Below are positions 42,032 through 52,464 of a DNA stretch of 64,000 nucleotides, piece by piece. The notes beneath the pieces were generated by a model. That model was given only the letters and a program-made list of their open reading frames with translations, searched no databases and was not told where the DNA came from. A program made the translations under genes and the position numbers. Each line of letters opens with the position of its first letter. The stretch's first letter is position 1. This DNA is from Nostoc spongiaeforme FACHB-130 (GTDB taxonomy: Bacteria; Cyanobacteriota; Cyanobacteriia; Cyanobacteriales; Nostocaceae). Location: positions 1 through 64,000 of the forward strand of contig NZ_JACJTB010000020.1 in assembly GCF_014698475.1 (NCBI RefSeq), in the 5' to 3' direction.

Positions 42032-42568
42032 TTAAGAAAGATAGTCTTCATCTTCGGGATTATTATCCCAATTAGAAACATTATTAGAACGATAAGCTTC
42101 GGCTTTGGTGCGGCGATTTTCCTGGCGTAAGGTTTCTCGTTCTCGTGATGTGAGTTGTTGCTTTTCGGTAATTGGTAAACGTTCTACTGTACGCTTAGAG
42201 GATTTCTGACGCACAAAGGTCTTCCAGGCAGTTTTTATGCCAACTACAAAGCTACGAGTCCCGACTTGAAGATTTTGGGCTTGTTTTTTTGCACCATCAA
42301 TGCCTTGATCAACTTGTTGAACAACTTGACTAGCACTTTTGACACCTTCACTGACATCATTGGTTAAGTCGGTGATTTCGATACCAGTGGTGCGGATAGA
42401 ATTTAAAGTAGGTGGTAACTCCCGCGAAAGAGTATCAAAAAACTTTTCAGCACTGCGGGCGGCGCGGGCTACTTCTAGTAATGCGGGTATGGCCGCCACT
42501 AAAACAGCAGTTAGGCTGGCAGCGACTAAGAGTAGGGAAAGTCCCAACCAAAATAGGGGGTCAATCAC
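42032..42568 (-). CDS. Hypothetical membrane protein (N-terminal TM, coiled coil; DUF948-like)
   Basis: 178-aa ORF. It sits in tandem with the YtxH-like gene 11 bp upstream of it (its stop to that gene's start). Confidence 0.45.
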   Translation of the reverse strand: MIDPLFWLGLSLLLVAASLTAVLVAAIPALLEVARAARSAEKFFDTLSRELPPTLNSIRTTGIEITDLTNDVSEGVKSASQVVQQVDQGIDGAKKQAQNLQVGTRSFVVGIKTAWKTFVRQKSSKRTVERLPITEKQQLTSRERETLRQENRRTKAEAYRSNNVSNWDNNPEDEDYLS

Positions 42569-42579
42569 GGCTATGCTAT

Positions 42580-42930
42580 CTATGAGCGTTCCAAAGGCTG
42601 GGGAATTGAATCTGAGTCTTCTTCGGTTGTTTGCCGATGCAGAACTTGACTTTCGCGCTGACTAGCATCAATGCCAGCTGCGATCGCTTCTTTTAGTCTA
42701 TCCAAAGTTTCATCCCAGTTACGTAATGCGTTAGCAGACAGACGATCTGCCTGAATTTGTACACTTGTTGATAAATCTTCCGCTAATTCTGGGATGGCAT
42801 CAGCAGACTTTTTCAAAAGTTTACGAGTTTCGCGTCCTGTGCGCGGAGCAATTAGCAAACCGGTTAAAGCACCGATAGTTGCTCCTAGCATCATACCGCC
42901 AATAAAGACTCCAGAACGGTTATTAGACAT
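42580..42930 (-). CDS. YtxH-like small membrane protein
   Basis: 116 aa with an N-terminal glycine-rich TM (GVFIGGMMLGATIGALTGLLIAP) typical of the YtxH family. Confidence 0.5.
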   Translation of the reverse strand: MSNNRSGVFIGGMMLGATIGALTGLLIAPRTGRETRKLLKKSADAIPELAEDLSTSVQIQADRLSANALRNWDETLDRLKEAIAAGIDASQRESQVLHRQTTEEDSDSIPQPLERS

Positions 42931-43025
42931 CTGAGTTGTTTCTCTCCTTACACTTATTTTAGGTGGCTTGTTTCCTCTTGTATAACCAGAATGATTTTAT
43001 CGAGTTAATTTATCGTGACAATCGA

Positions 43026-43391
43026 TCAACTAGAAAGGTTGCTGTTGTTCATTCTGGTTTTGGGAACCGTCTTTGTTCTCCCGAAAGAATGAGATTGACG
43101 AATATAGCGTTTACTTAGTCGCTGTCCTAACAATAGCAGACTCACAATTTGCCGCACTTGCTGAAGTTGCAATTGTAGAGATTGATTTCCCAGTCGCAGG
43201 TTACGGATATTTTGCTGAGATATATCAAGATTTTGGGGGGTTTGAGACAGGAGATTTTGGCTACATTGTTCATAGGCGGTTAACCTATCAGTTATCCAGG
43301 CGATTCTTTCCTTAATTTGCCAGATTTGCCAAGCTACGTAGAACAGCAATAGGGAAATGAGGGTATTAATGATGACTACTACTGTAACCAT
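43026..43391 (-). CDS. Small hypothetical membrane protein
   Basis: 121-aa ORF with an N-terminal TM segment. Confidence 0.35.
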   Translation of the reverse strand: MVTVVVIINTLISLLLFYVAWQIWQIKERIAWITDRLTAYEQCSQNLLSQTPQNLDISQQNIRNLRLGNQSLQLQLQQVRQIVSLLLLGQRLSKRYIRQSHSFGRTKTVPKTRMNNSNLSS

Positions 43392-43417
43392 TGTTTACAT
43401 AGGTAAGAATTTGATTT

Positions 43418-44071
43418 TTGGGTCTGGTAGAAGTTGCGATCGCAGATAATAAAATTAATCTGATGGGCAAAATACCGATGGAACCTCTCACCCTCAACAT
43501 ACCACCAGCAGTAGGTTTGACAGACGAGCAGTTTTATCAAATATGTCTAGCCAATGATGAATGGCGCATCGAACTCACTGCCGAAGGAGAATTAATTATT
43601 ATGCCACCAACTGGCGGCGAAAGCGGTATTAGAAATTCAGACATTAACATAGAACTTGGTTTATGGAATCGTCAAACCAAGCTAGGAAAAGTGTTTGACT
43701 CTTCTACAGAATTTCGCTTACCCAATGGTGCATATCGTTCGCCGGATGTTTCTTGGGTGAAGCAAGAACGCTGGGATGCACTGACACCTGAACAAAAACG
43801 TCGCTTTCCACCCATTTGCCCTGATTTTGTGATTGAACTGCGTTCTCAAACTGATTCTCTCAAAAAATTGCGAGATAAGATGCTGGAGTATCGAGATAAT
43901 GGTGCGCGTTTGGGTTGGTTGATTGATCCGTTCACACCTTTAGTAGAAATTTATCGCCCTGGTATTGCAGTGGAAGTGATTAATTTTTCTGTTGAACAAC
44001 CACCTACATTGTCTGGTGAAGATGTCTTACCTGGGTTTGTTTTGTTGTTAACTACAATCCTCAATCCTTGA
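43418..44071 (+). CDS. Uma2-family (DUF820) putative endonuclease, tandem copy 1
   Basis: 217 aa with the Uma2 pattern. It is near-identical to the next gene. Confidence 0.8.
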   Translation: MGLVEVAIADNKINLMGKIPMEPLTLNIPPAVGLTDEQFYQICLANDEWRIELTAEGELIIMPPTGGESGIRNSDINIELGLWNRQTKLGKVFDSSTEFRLPNGAYRSPDVSWVKQERWDALTPEQKRRFPPICPDFVIELRSQTDSLKKLRDKMLEYRDNGARLGWLIDPFTPLVEIYRPGIAVEVINFSVEQPPTLSGEDVLPGFVLLLTTILNP

Positions 44072-44106
44072 ACGTTTGATGAACTTGTAATTCCTCATTA
44101 ATTCTG

Positions 44107-44715
44107 ATGGGCAAAATACCGATGGAACCTCTCACTCTCAACATACCACCCGCAGTAGGTTTGACAGACGAGCAGTTTTATCAAATATGTCTAGCCAATG
44201 ATGAATGGCGCATCGAACTGACTGCCGAAGGAGAATTAATCATTATGCCACCAACTGGCGGCGAAAGCGGTATTAGAAATTCAGGGTTGACAGCTAAACT
44301 TTACATTTGGAATGAACAAGCAAATCTGGGAAAAGTGTTTGACTCTTCTACAGAATTTCGCTTACCCAATGGTGCGTATCGTTCGCCGGATGTTTCTTGG
44401 GTGAAGCAAGAACGCTGGGATGCACTGACACTTGAACAAAAACGCCGCTTTCCGCCCATTTGCCCTGATTTTGTGATTGAACTGCGTTTTCAAACTGATT
44501 CTCTCAAAAAATTGCGGGATAAGATGCTGGAGTATCGAGATAATGGTGCGCGTTTAGGTTGGTTGATTGATCCGTTCACACCTTTAGTAGAAATTTATCG
44601 CCCTGGTGTGGAGGTGGAAGTGATCAATTTCGCTGTTGAACAACCACCTACATTGTCTGGTGAAGATGTATTGCCAGGATTTATCTTATCTTTAACTACA
44701 ATACTTAATCCTTGA
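44107..44715 (+). CDS. Uma2-family (DUF820) putative endonuclease, tandem copy 2
   Basis: 202 aa, more than 90% identical to copy 1 at the protein level and with near-identical upstream sequence. Confidence 0.8.
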   Translation: MGKIPMEPLTLNIPPAVGLTDEQFYQICLANDEWRIELTAEGELIIMPPTGGESGIRNSGLTAKLYIWNEQANLGKVFDSSTEFRLPNGAYRSPDVSWVKQERWDALTLEQKRRFPPICPDFVIELRFQTDSLKKLRDKMLEYRDNGARLGWLIDPFTPLVEIYRPGVEVEVINFAVEQPPTLSGEDVLPGFILSLTTILNP

Positions 44716-44780
44716 GATGTGAGAACATATTCGATTCCCCATAACGAGGAGAAATTTCATTTGACAGGTTGCAGGTGTTC

Positions 44781-44813
44781 AGATCCCCGACTTTTTGAAA
44801 AAGTCGGGGATCT
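44781..44813. terminator. Perfect palindrome AGATCCCCGACTTTTTgAAAAAGTCGGGGATCT between convergent genes; likely a bidirectional terminator or dispersed palindromic element
   Basis: Read directly; it shares its core with the palindrome at 7453-7485. Confidence 0.6.
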
Positions 44814-44843
44814 ATGAGTTGAGATAGTTGGTGTGGCGGACTA

Positions 44844-46607
44844 CTAGAATCGGAATGTAGTCCGAATGATGCCAGTGTAAATTGTATCGTTGTTGCTGTT
44901 ATGTTCGGGGTTAAAGATTACCAGCAGTCCTGGTGTAATGGAGATATTGTCATTAACTTGGTAGCGATACAATGCTTCTAAACGGTAGGAGGTATCAGAG
45001 TCTTCCCGACGGGCGCTAGTTGCAGTCCGTACATTTTCACCAAAGTCATTGTCTGTGACTTTTGGCGGTTGACCGAAAATAATACCACCTAAGTTACCTT
45101 TTTTACCCAAGTCGGGGAAAGCAAAAGTAACTGCCCAATTCCAAATATCGGCTTTATCGCCACGATTGACGTTTGGTAAAAATGTAGTTTCGGCGATCGC
45201 CTGAGTATACCCCACCCAACCAGACAAGACAAATTTTGAGTTGACACGATAGCTGGTTTGAAAACTGTAGTAATTGGCAGAGGTGGCAATTCCACGGGGA
45301 TTTGTGGCTGTACTTCCAGGGCCAGCACCAAAGGGTTGATCGGCAAAAGCACCACCATACAACCCGGAAACTGCGACATCATTATTAGCACCACTAAAGT
45401 AGGAGTGGGCGTAGGTAAATCCTAATGCCAGGTTTTTGTTTGGTTGAAATGCTAATTGGGCTAGTGCGCCATAACTACCATCAAATAAACCTCTTCCCTC
45501 TGTTGGGTCATTGGCTCTTCTGGCAAGATAACCACCAGAGAAAGTAAACTGGTCGCTGAGTTTGTAGTTAACACTCACGCCTGTACCAAAATTAACCCCA
45601 GAACCACTGTTACTGGCGCGGTAAATCGGAGAAAAACGACTGGCGCGAGAAATAGAACCCAAGGGAATGGATGCTAGTAAGGGGTTAAAGTTGTTGAAGT
45701 TGTCGTAAAATTCCCCCCCAATAGCATCAACAATGACGTTGAGTTTATCACCAACGGGAAAGCGATAAAATAATTTCCCAATCAAAAATTCGTTATTTGT
45801 ATCCCCATCCCAAGAAAGGCGGGTCATGTTTGTACCCGTAATAGCATTGTTAAAAAATACGGTGTTGTTTGCTTCTAAACGGGTTAACAGTTGGTCTTTA
45901 CCTGTGAAGCTGGTGACTAAGTTGAGGCGGATGCGATCGCTAAATATTGTATTATCTTGCAACCGCCGACCTCCAGAGGCTGCATATTCAGCTTCTCTCG
46001 TACTCACTCCGCCTTCGATTCTGCGCCAACGGTCAGAGTCTATGGCTCTATCTTCACCAAACACGCCCCCCACACTAAAAATGACTTCTCCATTGAATTT
46101 AGTGGTGGTGGAAAATTGCTGACTTTCTAAAATAGCAGTGCGATTTTCTAAGGCATCAACTCGGCCTCTAACTTCTGTCAGAGTATCAGCAAAATCTGTT
46201 TGCAGTTTTTGTAAAGTTGCTAAGTCTTCTTTGGTTACTAAGTCTGCTGTACTACTGGCAATCAATTCATTAACTCGATTCAAACAAGCATTCAAACCTG
46301 CGGCAAATTCATAACGAGTCAGGGCGCGATTGCCGCGATAGGTGCTATTTGGGTAGCCTGCAATACAACCATAACGCTCAACTAATGATTGCAATGCCTG
46401 GAATGCCCAATCGGTAGGTTGCACATCTGTTAGTTGCGATACGGATGTGACTTGACCTTGCATCTCGGTTTCCGAGTCTGCAATATCTGTCTCAGAAATT
46501 ACATTGCTTGGGATTGTTGGATTGGCAGATACAGTTGTTGCCGCGATCGCATTCAACCCTATAACTATTGATGCTATCCCCAAAGAACGACGTATAATAT
46601 CAGACAT
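44844..46607 (-). CDS. Cyanobacterial outer-membrane porin (N-terminal SLH domain, coiled coil, OprB-like beta-barrel)
   Basis: 587 aa with a signal peptide, an SLH motif (DWAFQALQSLVERYGCIAGYPNSTYRGNRALTRYEFAAGLNACL), and a C-terminal beta-rich domain ending in ...TFRF. Confidence 0.8.
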   Translation of the reverse strand: MSDIIRRSLGIASIVIGLNAIAATTVSANPTIPSNVISETDIADSETEMQGQVTSVSQLTDVQPTDWAFQALQSLVERYGCIAGYPNSTYRGNRALTRYEFAAGLNACLNRVNELIASSTADLVTKEDLATLQKLQTDFADTLTEVRGRVDALENRTAILESQQFSTTTKFNGEVIFSVGGVFGEDRAIDSDRWRRIEGGVSTREAEYAASGGRRLQDNTIFSDRIRLNLVTSFTGKDQLLTRLEANNTVFFNNAITGTNMTRLSWDGDTNNEFLIGKLFYRFPVGDKLNVIVDAIGGEFYDNFNNFNPLLASIPLGSISRASRFSPIYRASNSGSGVNFGTGVSVNYKLSDQFTFSGGYLARRANDPTEGRGLFDGSYGALAQLAFQPNKNLALGFTYAHSYFSGANNDVAVSGLYGGAFADQPFGAGPGSTATNPRGIATSANYYSFQTSYRVNSKFVLSGWVGYTQAIAETTFLPNVNRGDKADIWNWAVTFAFPDLGKKGNLGGIIFGQPPKVTDNDFGENVRTATSARREDSDTSYRLEALYRYQVNDNISITPGLLVIFNPEHNSNNDTIYTGIIRTTFRF

Positions 46608-46957
46608 TATTGAAATTGTCCAGTAATATTACTCAGGTTTTTCGTATCAATTACTGTATGTCTAAATACTCATCTTAAAAGTATTGAGCTATACAAAAAA
46701 ATATTTTTACTCTTGTTGGATAAAAATATTTGAAAAGTCCAAAAATACTTCTCTATAAGCTTTTCAATAAATTAAAACAAAGATATTTAGCTAAACACAG
46801 CAATTCTAATAAAGCATGATTTTGATGTATTTTTTACATCTCATATTTTTACAAATGATAAAGCGGCAAAATTCCGTGTCTCTGCCGTCTTTGGGGAGTG
46901 GTATCCTCAACAATAAGTCCAACATCTCTAATTTTCTAAATCAGGAGATACATAAAG

Positions 46958-48250
46958 ATGTCCGTTAGCAATTCACCAACCCAACTCAAACGCGAGTTAG
47001 GAGTTTTTGGTGCAACCCTGATGGGATTGGGTTCAATTGTGGGAACGGGTGTATTTGTTAGTATTGGAATTGCGGCGGGGATAGCAGGGCCAGCAGTAAT
47101 TCTGGCGGTGGTAATTGGGGCAATTGTAGCTACTTGTAATGGTTTGAATAGCGCCCAGTTAGCTGCTAATCATGCAGTTAGTGGTGGTACTTATGAATAT
47201 GGTTATAAATATCTGACTCCGGCTTTTGGTTTTACCGCAGGTTGGATGTTTTTAGTGGCGAAAACAGCTTCGGCTGCGACGGCTGCTTTGGGTTTTGCTG
47301 GTTACTTCCTCAATGTTTTCGGATGGAATAACAGTTTGCTTGTACCTGTGGCTATGTTGGCGGTAGTAGTGATAACAGGAATTGTATTAAGCGGGATTAG
47401 ACGGTCTAATACTGCTAATACGGTAATTGTTTCAGTAACATTGCTGTCTTTAGGTTTATTTGTGTTGGTTTGTTTACCTCGTGCAGCCACGGTAGGAATG
47501 ACAAATTTAACACCTTTTTTTACGAGTTCTCCTGGGGCAGTACTGCAAGCCAGCGCCTTGATGTTTGTGGCTTACACTGGTTACGGACGCATTGCCACAA
47601 TGGGAGAAGAAGCGCGATCGCCCAGAGTTACAATACCCAAAGCGATGATTATCTGTTTGCTGCTGACAATGCTGTTATATATAGTCGTCGCTACTGTGGC
47701 AATTGGGGCTGTAGGGGCAGATTTTTTAAGTAATACCGTAGGGCAAAGCAAAGCCGCACCTTTAGAAGTAGTCGCCCGGAGTGTGGCTGGTTCTGGTGTC
47801 GCTTTGGTGTTAGCTATAGGTGCAATGACAGCAATGTTGGGTGTGTTGTTGAACTTAATTTTAGGCTTATCCCGTGTGTTGTTGGCAATGGGTCGCCGTT
47901 CCGATGCACCAAGATTTTTAGCCAGACTCAACCGCGAACAAAATTCCCCATATTGGGCGGTAATTTTCGTGGGAGGTGCGATCGCACTTTTAGTTTTGTT
48001 GGGTAACGTCAAAACTACTTGGTCGTTTAGCGCCTTTAGTGTTTTAATTTACTACGCAATTACAAATTTAGCCTCTCTCAAACTTTCGGCATCTGAGAGA
48101 CTGTATCCTGTGTGGGTAGGCTGCTTGGGTTTGTTATCTTGTTTATTCCTCGCCTTTTGGGTAGACTCGGCTATCTGGCAAGTCGGCTTAGGTTTAATTG
48201 TAGCTGGGTTAATTTGGCACAAAATCCGACGGATGGTGGGTGAGAGGTGA
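46958..48250 (+). CDS. APC-superfamily amino acid/polyamine permease
   Basis: 430 aa with 12 predicted TM helices and a GTGVFVS-type N-terminal motif. Confidence 0.8.
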   Translation: MSVSNSPTQLKRELGVFGATLMGLGSIVGTGVFVSIGIAAGIAGPAVILAVVIGAIVATCNGLNSAQLAANHAVSGGTYEYGYKYLTPAFGFTAGWMFLVAKTASAATAALGFAGYFLNVFGWNNSLLVPVAMLAVVVITGIVLSGIRRSNTANTVIVSVTLLSLGLFVLVCLPRAATVGMTNLTPFFTSSPGAVLQASALMFVAYTGYGRIATMGEEARSPRVTIPKAMIICLLLTMLLYIVVATVAIGAVGADFLSNTVGQSKAAPLEVVARSVAGSGVALVLAIGAMTAMLGVLLNLILGLSRVLLAMGRRSDAPRFLARLNREQNSPYWAVIFVGGAIALLVLLGNVKTTWSFSAFSVLIYYAITNLASLKLSASERLYPVWVGCLGLLSCLFLAFWVDSAIWQVGLGLIVAGLIWHKIRRMVGER

Positions 48251-48367
48251 GAGGTTACAGGTTATAGGTTACAGGTATAGCAATCCTAAATGATTTATCA
48301 ACATCTCTGTTCCTTGTCTCCCTTGTCCTTATTGTTTCACCTATCAACTAGGACTGCTATGTGAAAT

Positions 48368-48988
48368 CTACACTAAACCTGCTTGAAAAATTTGGTTTGG
48401 GGTGAGATTCAAATCAGGGAAAGTTTGGGAGATAATTCGGTCATCGCCTCGGAACTTGCTAACCTGATATTCTCCCTCAACTAAATTACAAACAGATATG
48501 GTTGGTTGTTTGGGATTACCAATAAAATTACGTCCACCCAACGCGGCGTAATCTATAATCCAGTATTCGGGGATACCCATCTCTTCATAATCAGCAAATT
48601 TCATATAGTAATCGTCTCGCCAGTTGGTTGACACAACCTCGATTACCAAAGGAATTGAAGCACCTAAGCCGACAACAGATTCTTTTTTCCATAATGGTTC
48701 ATTTGCCAGATTGGTACGATTCAGCACTAACACATCGGGAAAATAACCAGAATCTTTTTCTAGTGGTCTGACAATAACTTGATTGGGGATGATGTAGGGA
48801 AGCCCTAAACGTCTGATTTCAAAAGGGATTTCGATACCTAAGAACCCTTTGACTTCCTCATGGTCTCCTACTGGTTGTGCCATTTCAACGATACTTCCAT
48901 TATGTAATTCGTAGCGTACCCCGGAATTTTCACGTAGGCGATCGACAAATTCCGCAAAGGTGACTAACTTGGGGATGGCTTGAGTCAT
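48368..48988 (-). CDS. Uma2-family (DUF820) putative endonuclease, long subtype
   Basis: 206 aa with the pattern FAEF......RYEL.NG.I.EMA.P...H..V...L....P.....Y.D..V... Confidence 0.75.
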   Translation of the reverse strand: MTQAIPKLVTFAEFVDRLRENSGVRYELHNGSIVEMAQPVGDHEEVKGFLGIEIPFEIRRLGLPYIIPNQVIVRPLEKDSGYFPDVLVLNRTNLANEPLWKKESVVGLGASIPLVIEVVSTNWRDDYYMKFADYEEMGIPEYWIIDYAALGGRNFIGNPKQPTISVCNLVEGEYQVSKFRGDDRIISQTFPDLNLTPNQIFQAGLV

Positions 48989-49345
48989 AGATAATCAATG
49001 ATTACGATTGTGGAAATATTATCTCTAATCTAAACGCTCCCGAATTGGTCGCCCAAAAAATTGAGACATTGAGATACTGCTGGAATATTGCATCAACCTT
49101 CAAAAAGGTCAAATTTTCGTTGTCTCTTGATGAATATTAACAGTTTTGATGAATTTTTAACCTCTTATCTGCATATTTCTGGCAAATTAAGATGAAAGTA
49201 TTCATAGAAGATACTTTTTATCCAGCATTTCTCCGTTGAGTAAAGTACATCTCGATAGGGGCATAGAGACACTCTGCCTATTTTTGTGTACCTCTTAACG
49301 ATGAAAATTGCTGTAAGTTGTTGATTTAATCAAATGGATTGAAAA

Positions 49346-50017
49346 ATGATGAAACCAGTAAACACCGGAATTAAATATGCCTTTCCCTTAATTACTTATC
49401 CAGATGGTAGAAAATCGATTTGTAATATTCCTTCAGGATATGTTCAATCAGCATTATCTGAATCAGATTATAAAGATTTAAGCAATGAATTTGGACTAGA
49501 AGTAGCCTTAGTTAAAGCTGTGATGGAAGTTGAATCTAATGGTTCTGGATTTTTGTTGAAAGAAGCATCTCCAGCACGCCCAAAAATTTTGTTTGAAGGG
49601 CATTGGTTTTATAAATTAACTCCTAAACCTGTTTCTAAAAGTCGTCCTGATTTGTCTTATCCTAGTTGGGATAAAAGTAAATATAAAGATGGTTCCAGCG
49701 AGTGGGACAGATTGCTAGATGCAATGGCATTTGATGAAGTTCAGGCTTTAAAAAGCGCATCTTTTGGATTGGGGCAAGTGATGGGTTTTAATTATCCTGC
49801 TACGGGTTGTGCTTCGATTCAGCAGTTTATTGAAGAAAACTTTGCTGGAGAGTACTGGCAAGCCAGACACATGATGAATTTTATTGTGAATAATAATTTG
49901 TTAGATGAGCTAAAGCGAAAAGATTGGGATGGTTTTGCTAGGGGTTACAATGGCCCTGGTTATAAAAAGAATAACTATCATACCAAGTTGGAAGCAGCTT
50001 ACAAAAAAGCTCTATAG
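49346..50017 (+). CDS. N-acetylmuramidase-family protein (DUF3380-like peptidoglycan hydrolase)
   Basis: 223 aa. The motifs EVESNGSGF, FEGHWFYKLT and FGLGQVMGFNY match the DUF3380 muramidase family found in endolysins. Confidence 0.65.
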   Translation: MMKPVNTGIKYAFPLITYPDGRKSICNIPSGYVQSALSESDYKDLSNEFGLEVALVKAVMEVESNGSGFLLKEASPARPKILFEGHWFYKLTPKPVSKSRPDLSYPSWDKSKYKDGSSEWDRLLDAMAFDEVQALKSASFGLGQVMGFNYPATGCASIQQFIEENFAGEYWQARHMMNFIVNNNLLDELKRKDWDGFARGYNGPGYKKNNYHTKLEAAYKKAL

Positions 50018-50059
50018 AATTTTTCTGTTCATTACAGGAATGAAGCACAAAGATGTGTG

Positions 50060-50135
50060 CATTCACTCTCAATATATAGCCCTCAGACTGAAGTCTGGGG
50101 CTATACAAACGAAGCCTGCGAGGCAGGCTAATTAT
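50060..50135. repeat. Small dispersed double-hairpin repeat (CCCAGACtgaaGTCTGGG ... CTATACAAACGAAGCCTGCgagGCAGGCT), same family as 9640-9770
   Basis: Read directly. Confidence 0.6.
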
Positions 50136-50206
50136 ATTTTTAAAGTTTGTAGTTGGGCTTTAGCCCTTTATTTAAGAGATAAATCGCAACTACGAACTGA
50201 TCATTA

Positions 50207-50956
50207 CTACCAAGGTACAGGCTCGCCCAAATGGAAAAAGCCGCCACTTGGCCCATCATCAGGTAGGGTAGCTAACTGCACGCCTGTTTTTGCACCTTCG
50301 CCAATGTCCATCATTGCGCCTTCTCCACCCAATTCTGTTTTTACCCAGCCGGGATGGGCGCTGTTGACTTTGACTGGTGTATTGCGTAGTTCATGGGCTA
50401 AGTGAACAGTAAAGGAATTAACTGCTGCTTTGGAAGCATTGTAGGCAAAGGGTTTGGCATCATAAATAAGCGAGTTTGGATCAGCGTGGAGGGTGAGTGA
50501 ACCTTCAATGCTGGCCATATTGACAATTCGACCGCTTTTACTCTTCAAAATCAAGGGCAGTAATGCTTGAGTCACTTCTACTAAAGCAAAAAAGTTAGTC
50601 TCAAAAGTCTTGCGGATGATGTCTAGAGAAACAGAACTGGCGTTACTAATACCCCAATCTCCATCCAGCATTACTCCTGCATTGTTAATCAGAACGTCAA
50701 GCTGGCCAAATCTGTCTGTAATTTCTTGAACGGCTGTGTGAATTTGAGTACTACTATTAATATCGAGAGCGATCGCTTCAGCCAATAATCCTTCATTTTG
50801 GAGAGTTGTTGCTGCTGTTTGCGCCGCTTGGAGATTACGACCTGCGATCAAAACTGTTAATCCATGCTGGGCAAGTTGGCGACTCATTTCAAATCCCAGA
50901 CCTTTGTTTGCGCCAGTAATCAATGCAATCTTGCCATTCGATTCTTTGTTAACCAT
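50207..50956 (-). CDS. SDR-family short-chain dehydrogenase/reductase
   Basis: 249 aa with the cofactor motif TGANKGLG, NNAG, and a catalytic Y...K. Confidence 0.85.
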   Translation of the reverse strand: MVNKESNGKIALITGANKGLGFEMSRQLAQHGLTVLIAGRNLQAAQTAATTLQNEGLLAEAIALDINSSTQIHTAVQEITDRFGQLDVLINNAGVMLDGDWGISNASSVSLDIIRKTFETNFFALVEVTQALLPLILKSKSGRIVNMASIEGSLTLHADPNSLIYDAKPFAYNASKAAVNSFTVHLAHELRNTPVKVNSAHPGWVKTELGGEGAMMDIGEGAKTGVQLATLPDDGPSGGFFHLGEPVPW

Positions 50957-51205
50957 AGATTCCTCGTTTCAGGCAGATACTTACATCGGTCAGAGCGACT
51001 ATACCATGAGATTAAAATGCCTAAATCTAGACAATTGGCTAGTTTTTAATGCTTGTAAACTTAAAGTTCAAATTTATGGAAAATCTTACTTATGATAGTT
51101 GTTAATTTCAGAAAAATATGGATTATCTGCAAATTCACACAAAAATCCAAAACCGCTTATCATGGGTGAGATTATCATTCAGACGAGAACAGAGGTTTTG
51201 GTGAT

Positions 51206-52177
51206 ATGGTGGCTGATGTAATGACAAATTCAGTTCCCGTAACTGTTTTGACTGGCTATTTGGGCGCAGGCAAAACAACTTTACTCAATCACATTCTCAC
51301 TTATGAACATGGTAAAAAAGTGGCTGTGATTGTGAATGAGTTTGGGGAAGTGGGCATTGATAATCAATTAGTTATTGATGCCGATGAAGAAATATTTGAG
51401 ATGAATAATGGCTGTATTTGTTGTACAGTCCGTGGTGATTTAATTCGCATCATCGGTAATTTGATGAAGCGACGTGATAAGTTTGACCATTTAGTAATTG
51501 AAACTACTGGTTTAGCTGATCCTGCACCAGTGATTCAGACATTCTTTGTCGATGAAGATATGCAGGCGAAACTGTCTCTAGATGCAGTGGTGACAGTGGT
51601 AGATGCCAAGCATATTTGGCAACATTGGGAAGCTGATGAAGCTCAAGAACAAATTGCATTTGCGGATGTTATTTTACTTAATAAAACTGATTTAGTAACA
51701 GCAGAAGACTTAGAAGAATTAGAAAAGCGGATTCGGGGGATGAATGCGATCGCTAAAATCTATCGCACCCGCAACTCAGAATTAGCAATGGATTCCTTAT
51801 TGGGTGTACAAGCTTTTGATTTGAATCGCGCCTTAGAAATTGACCCGAATTTTTTAGGCGAAGATGCCCACGAACATGATGAAAGCGTTTATTCTGTGGC
51901 GTTAGTAGCAGCAGGCGCACTCGACGGCGAGAAACTACACGCTTGGATGAGTAAATTATTACAAACTCAAGGCCCTGATATTTTTCGGATGAAGGGGATT
52001 TTAAATATTGCGGGAGAAGACAATCGCTTTGTGTTTCAAGGCGTACACATGATATTTGATGGTAGACCCGACAGACCTTGGAAACCCACCGAAACCCGAA
52101 AAAACGAATTAGTTTTCATCGGTCGCAATTTAGATGAAGCAAAACTCAAACAAGATTTTTTGGCTTGTTTGGTGTGA
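51206..52177 (+). CDS. CobW/COG0523-family GTPase (putative zinc metallochaperone)
   Basis: 323 aa with the GTP-binding motif LTGYLGAGKTTLLNHIL, a CxCC motif (GCICCTV), and a His-rich stretch (DAHEHDE). Confidence 0.85.
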   Translation: MVADVMTNSVPVTVLTGYLGAGKTTLLNHILTYEHGKKVAVIVNEFGEVGIDNQLVIDADEEIFEMNNGCICCTVRGDLIRIIGNLMKRRDKFDHLVIETTGLADPAPVIQTFFVDEDMQAKLSLDAVVTVVDAKHIWQHWEADEAQEQIAFADVILLNKTDLVTAEDLEELEKRIRGMNAIAKIYRTRNSELAMDSLLGVQAFDLNRALEIDPNFLGEDAHEHDESVYSVALVAAGALDGEKLHAWMSKLLQTQGPDIFRMKGILNIAGEDNRFVFQGVHMIFDGRPDRPWKPTETRKNELVFIGRNLDEAKLKQDFLACLV

Positions 52178-52464
52178 AGAGTGCTGAGTGCTTTACACTG
52201 AGCGACTTGTACTAAGCAAAGTCGAGGTAAGTCGAAGTACACCCCTACACCCTCAATTAAGGGACTTCCAATTAAAAAAATATACGATCGGGGCAGGGAG
52301 CAGGGAGCAAGGGGGAAAACTGAAACGGAACTTGTACTCCGCCCCAGTAAGAGCGCCCTAAAAGGGCGAGGCTTGCTCCCCCTGCTCCCTGCCCTCTTCC
52401 CCCCTGCTTCTTCTGTCATCTGCCCCTTGCTGCTTCAATATGCAAGTTCAATACTTGCAGTTGA

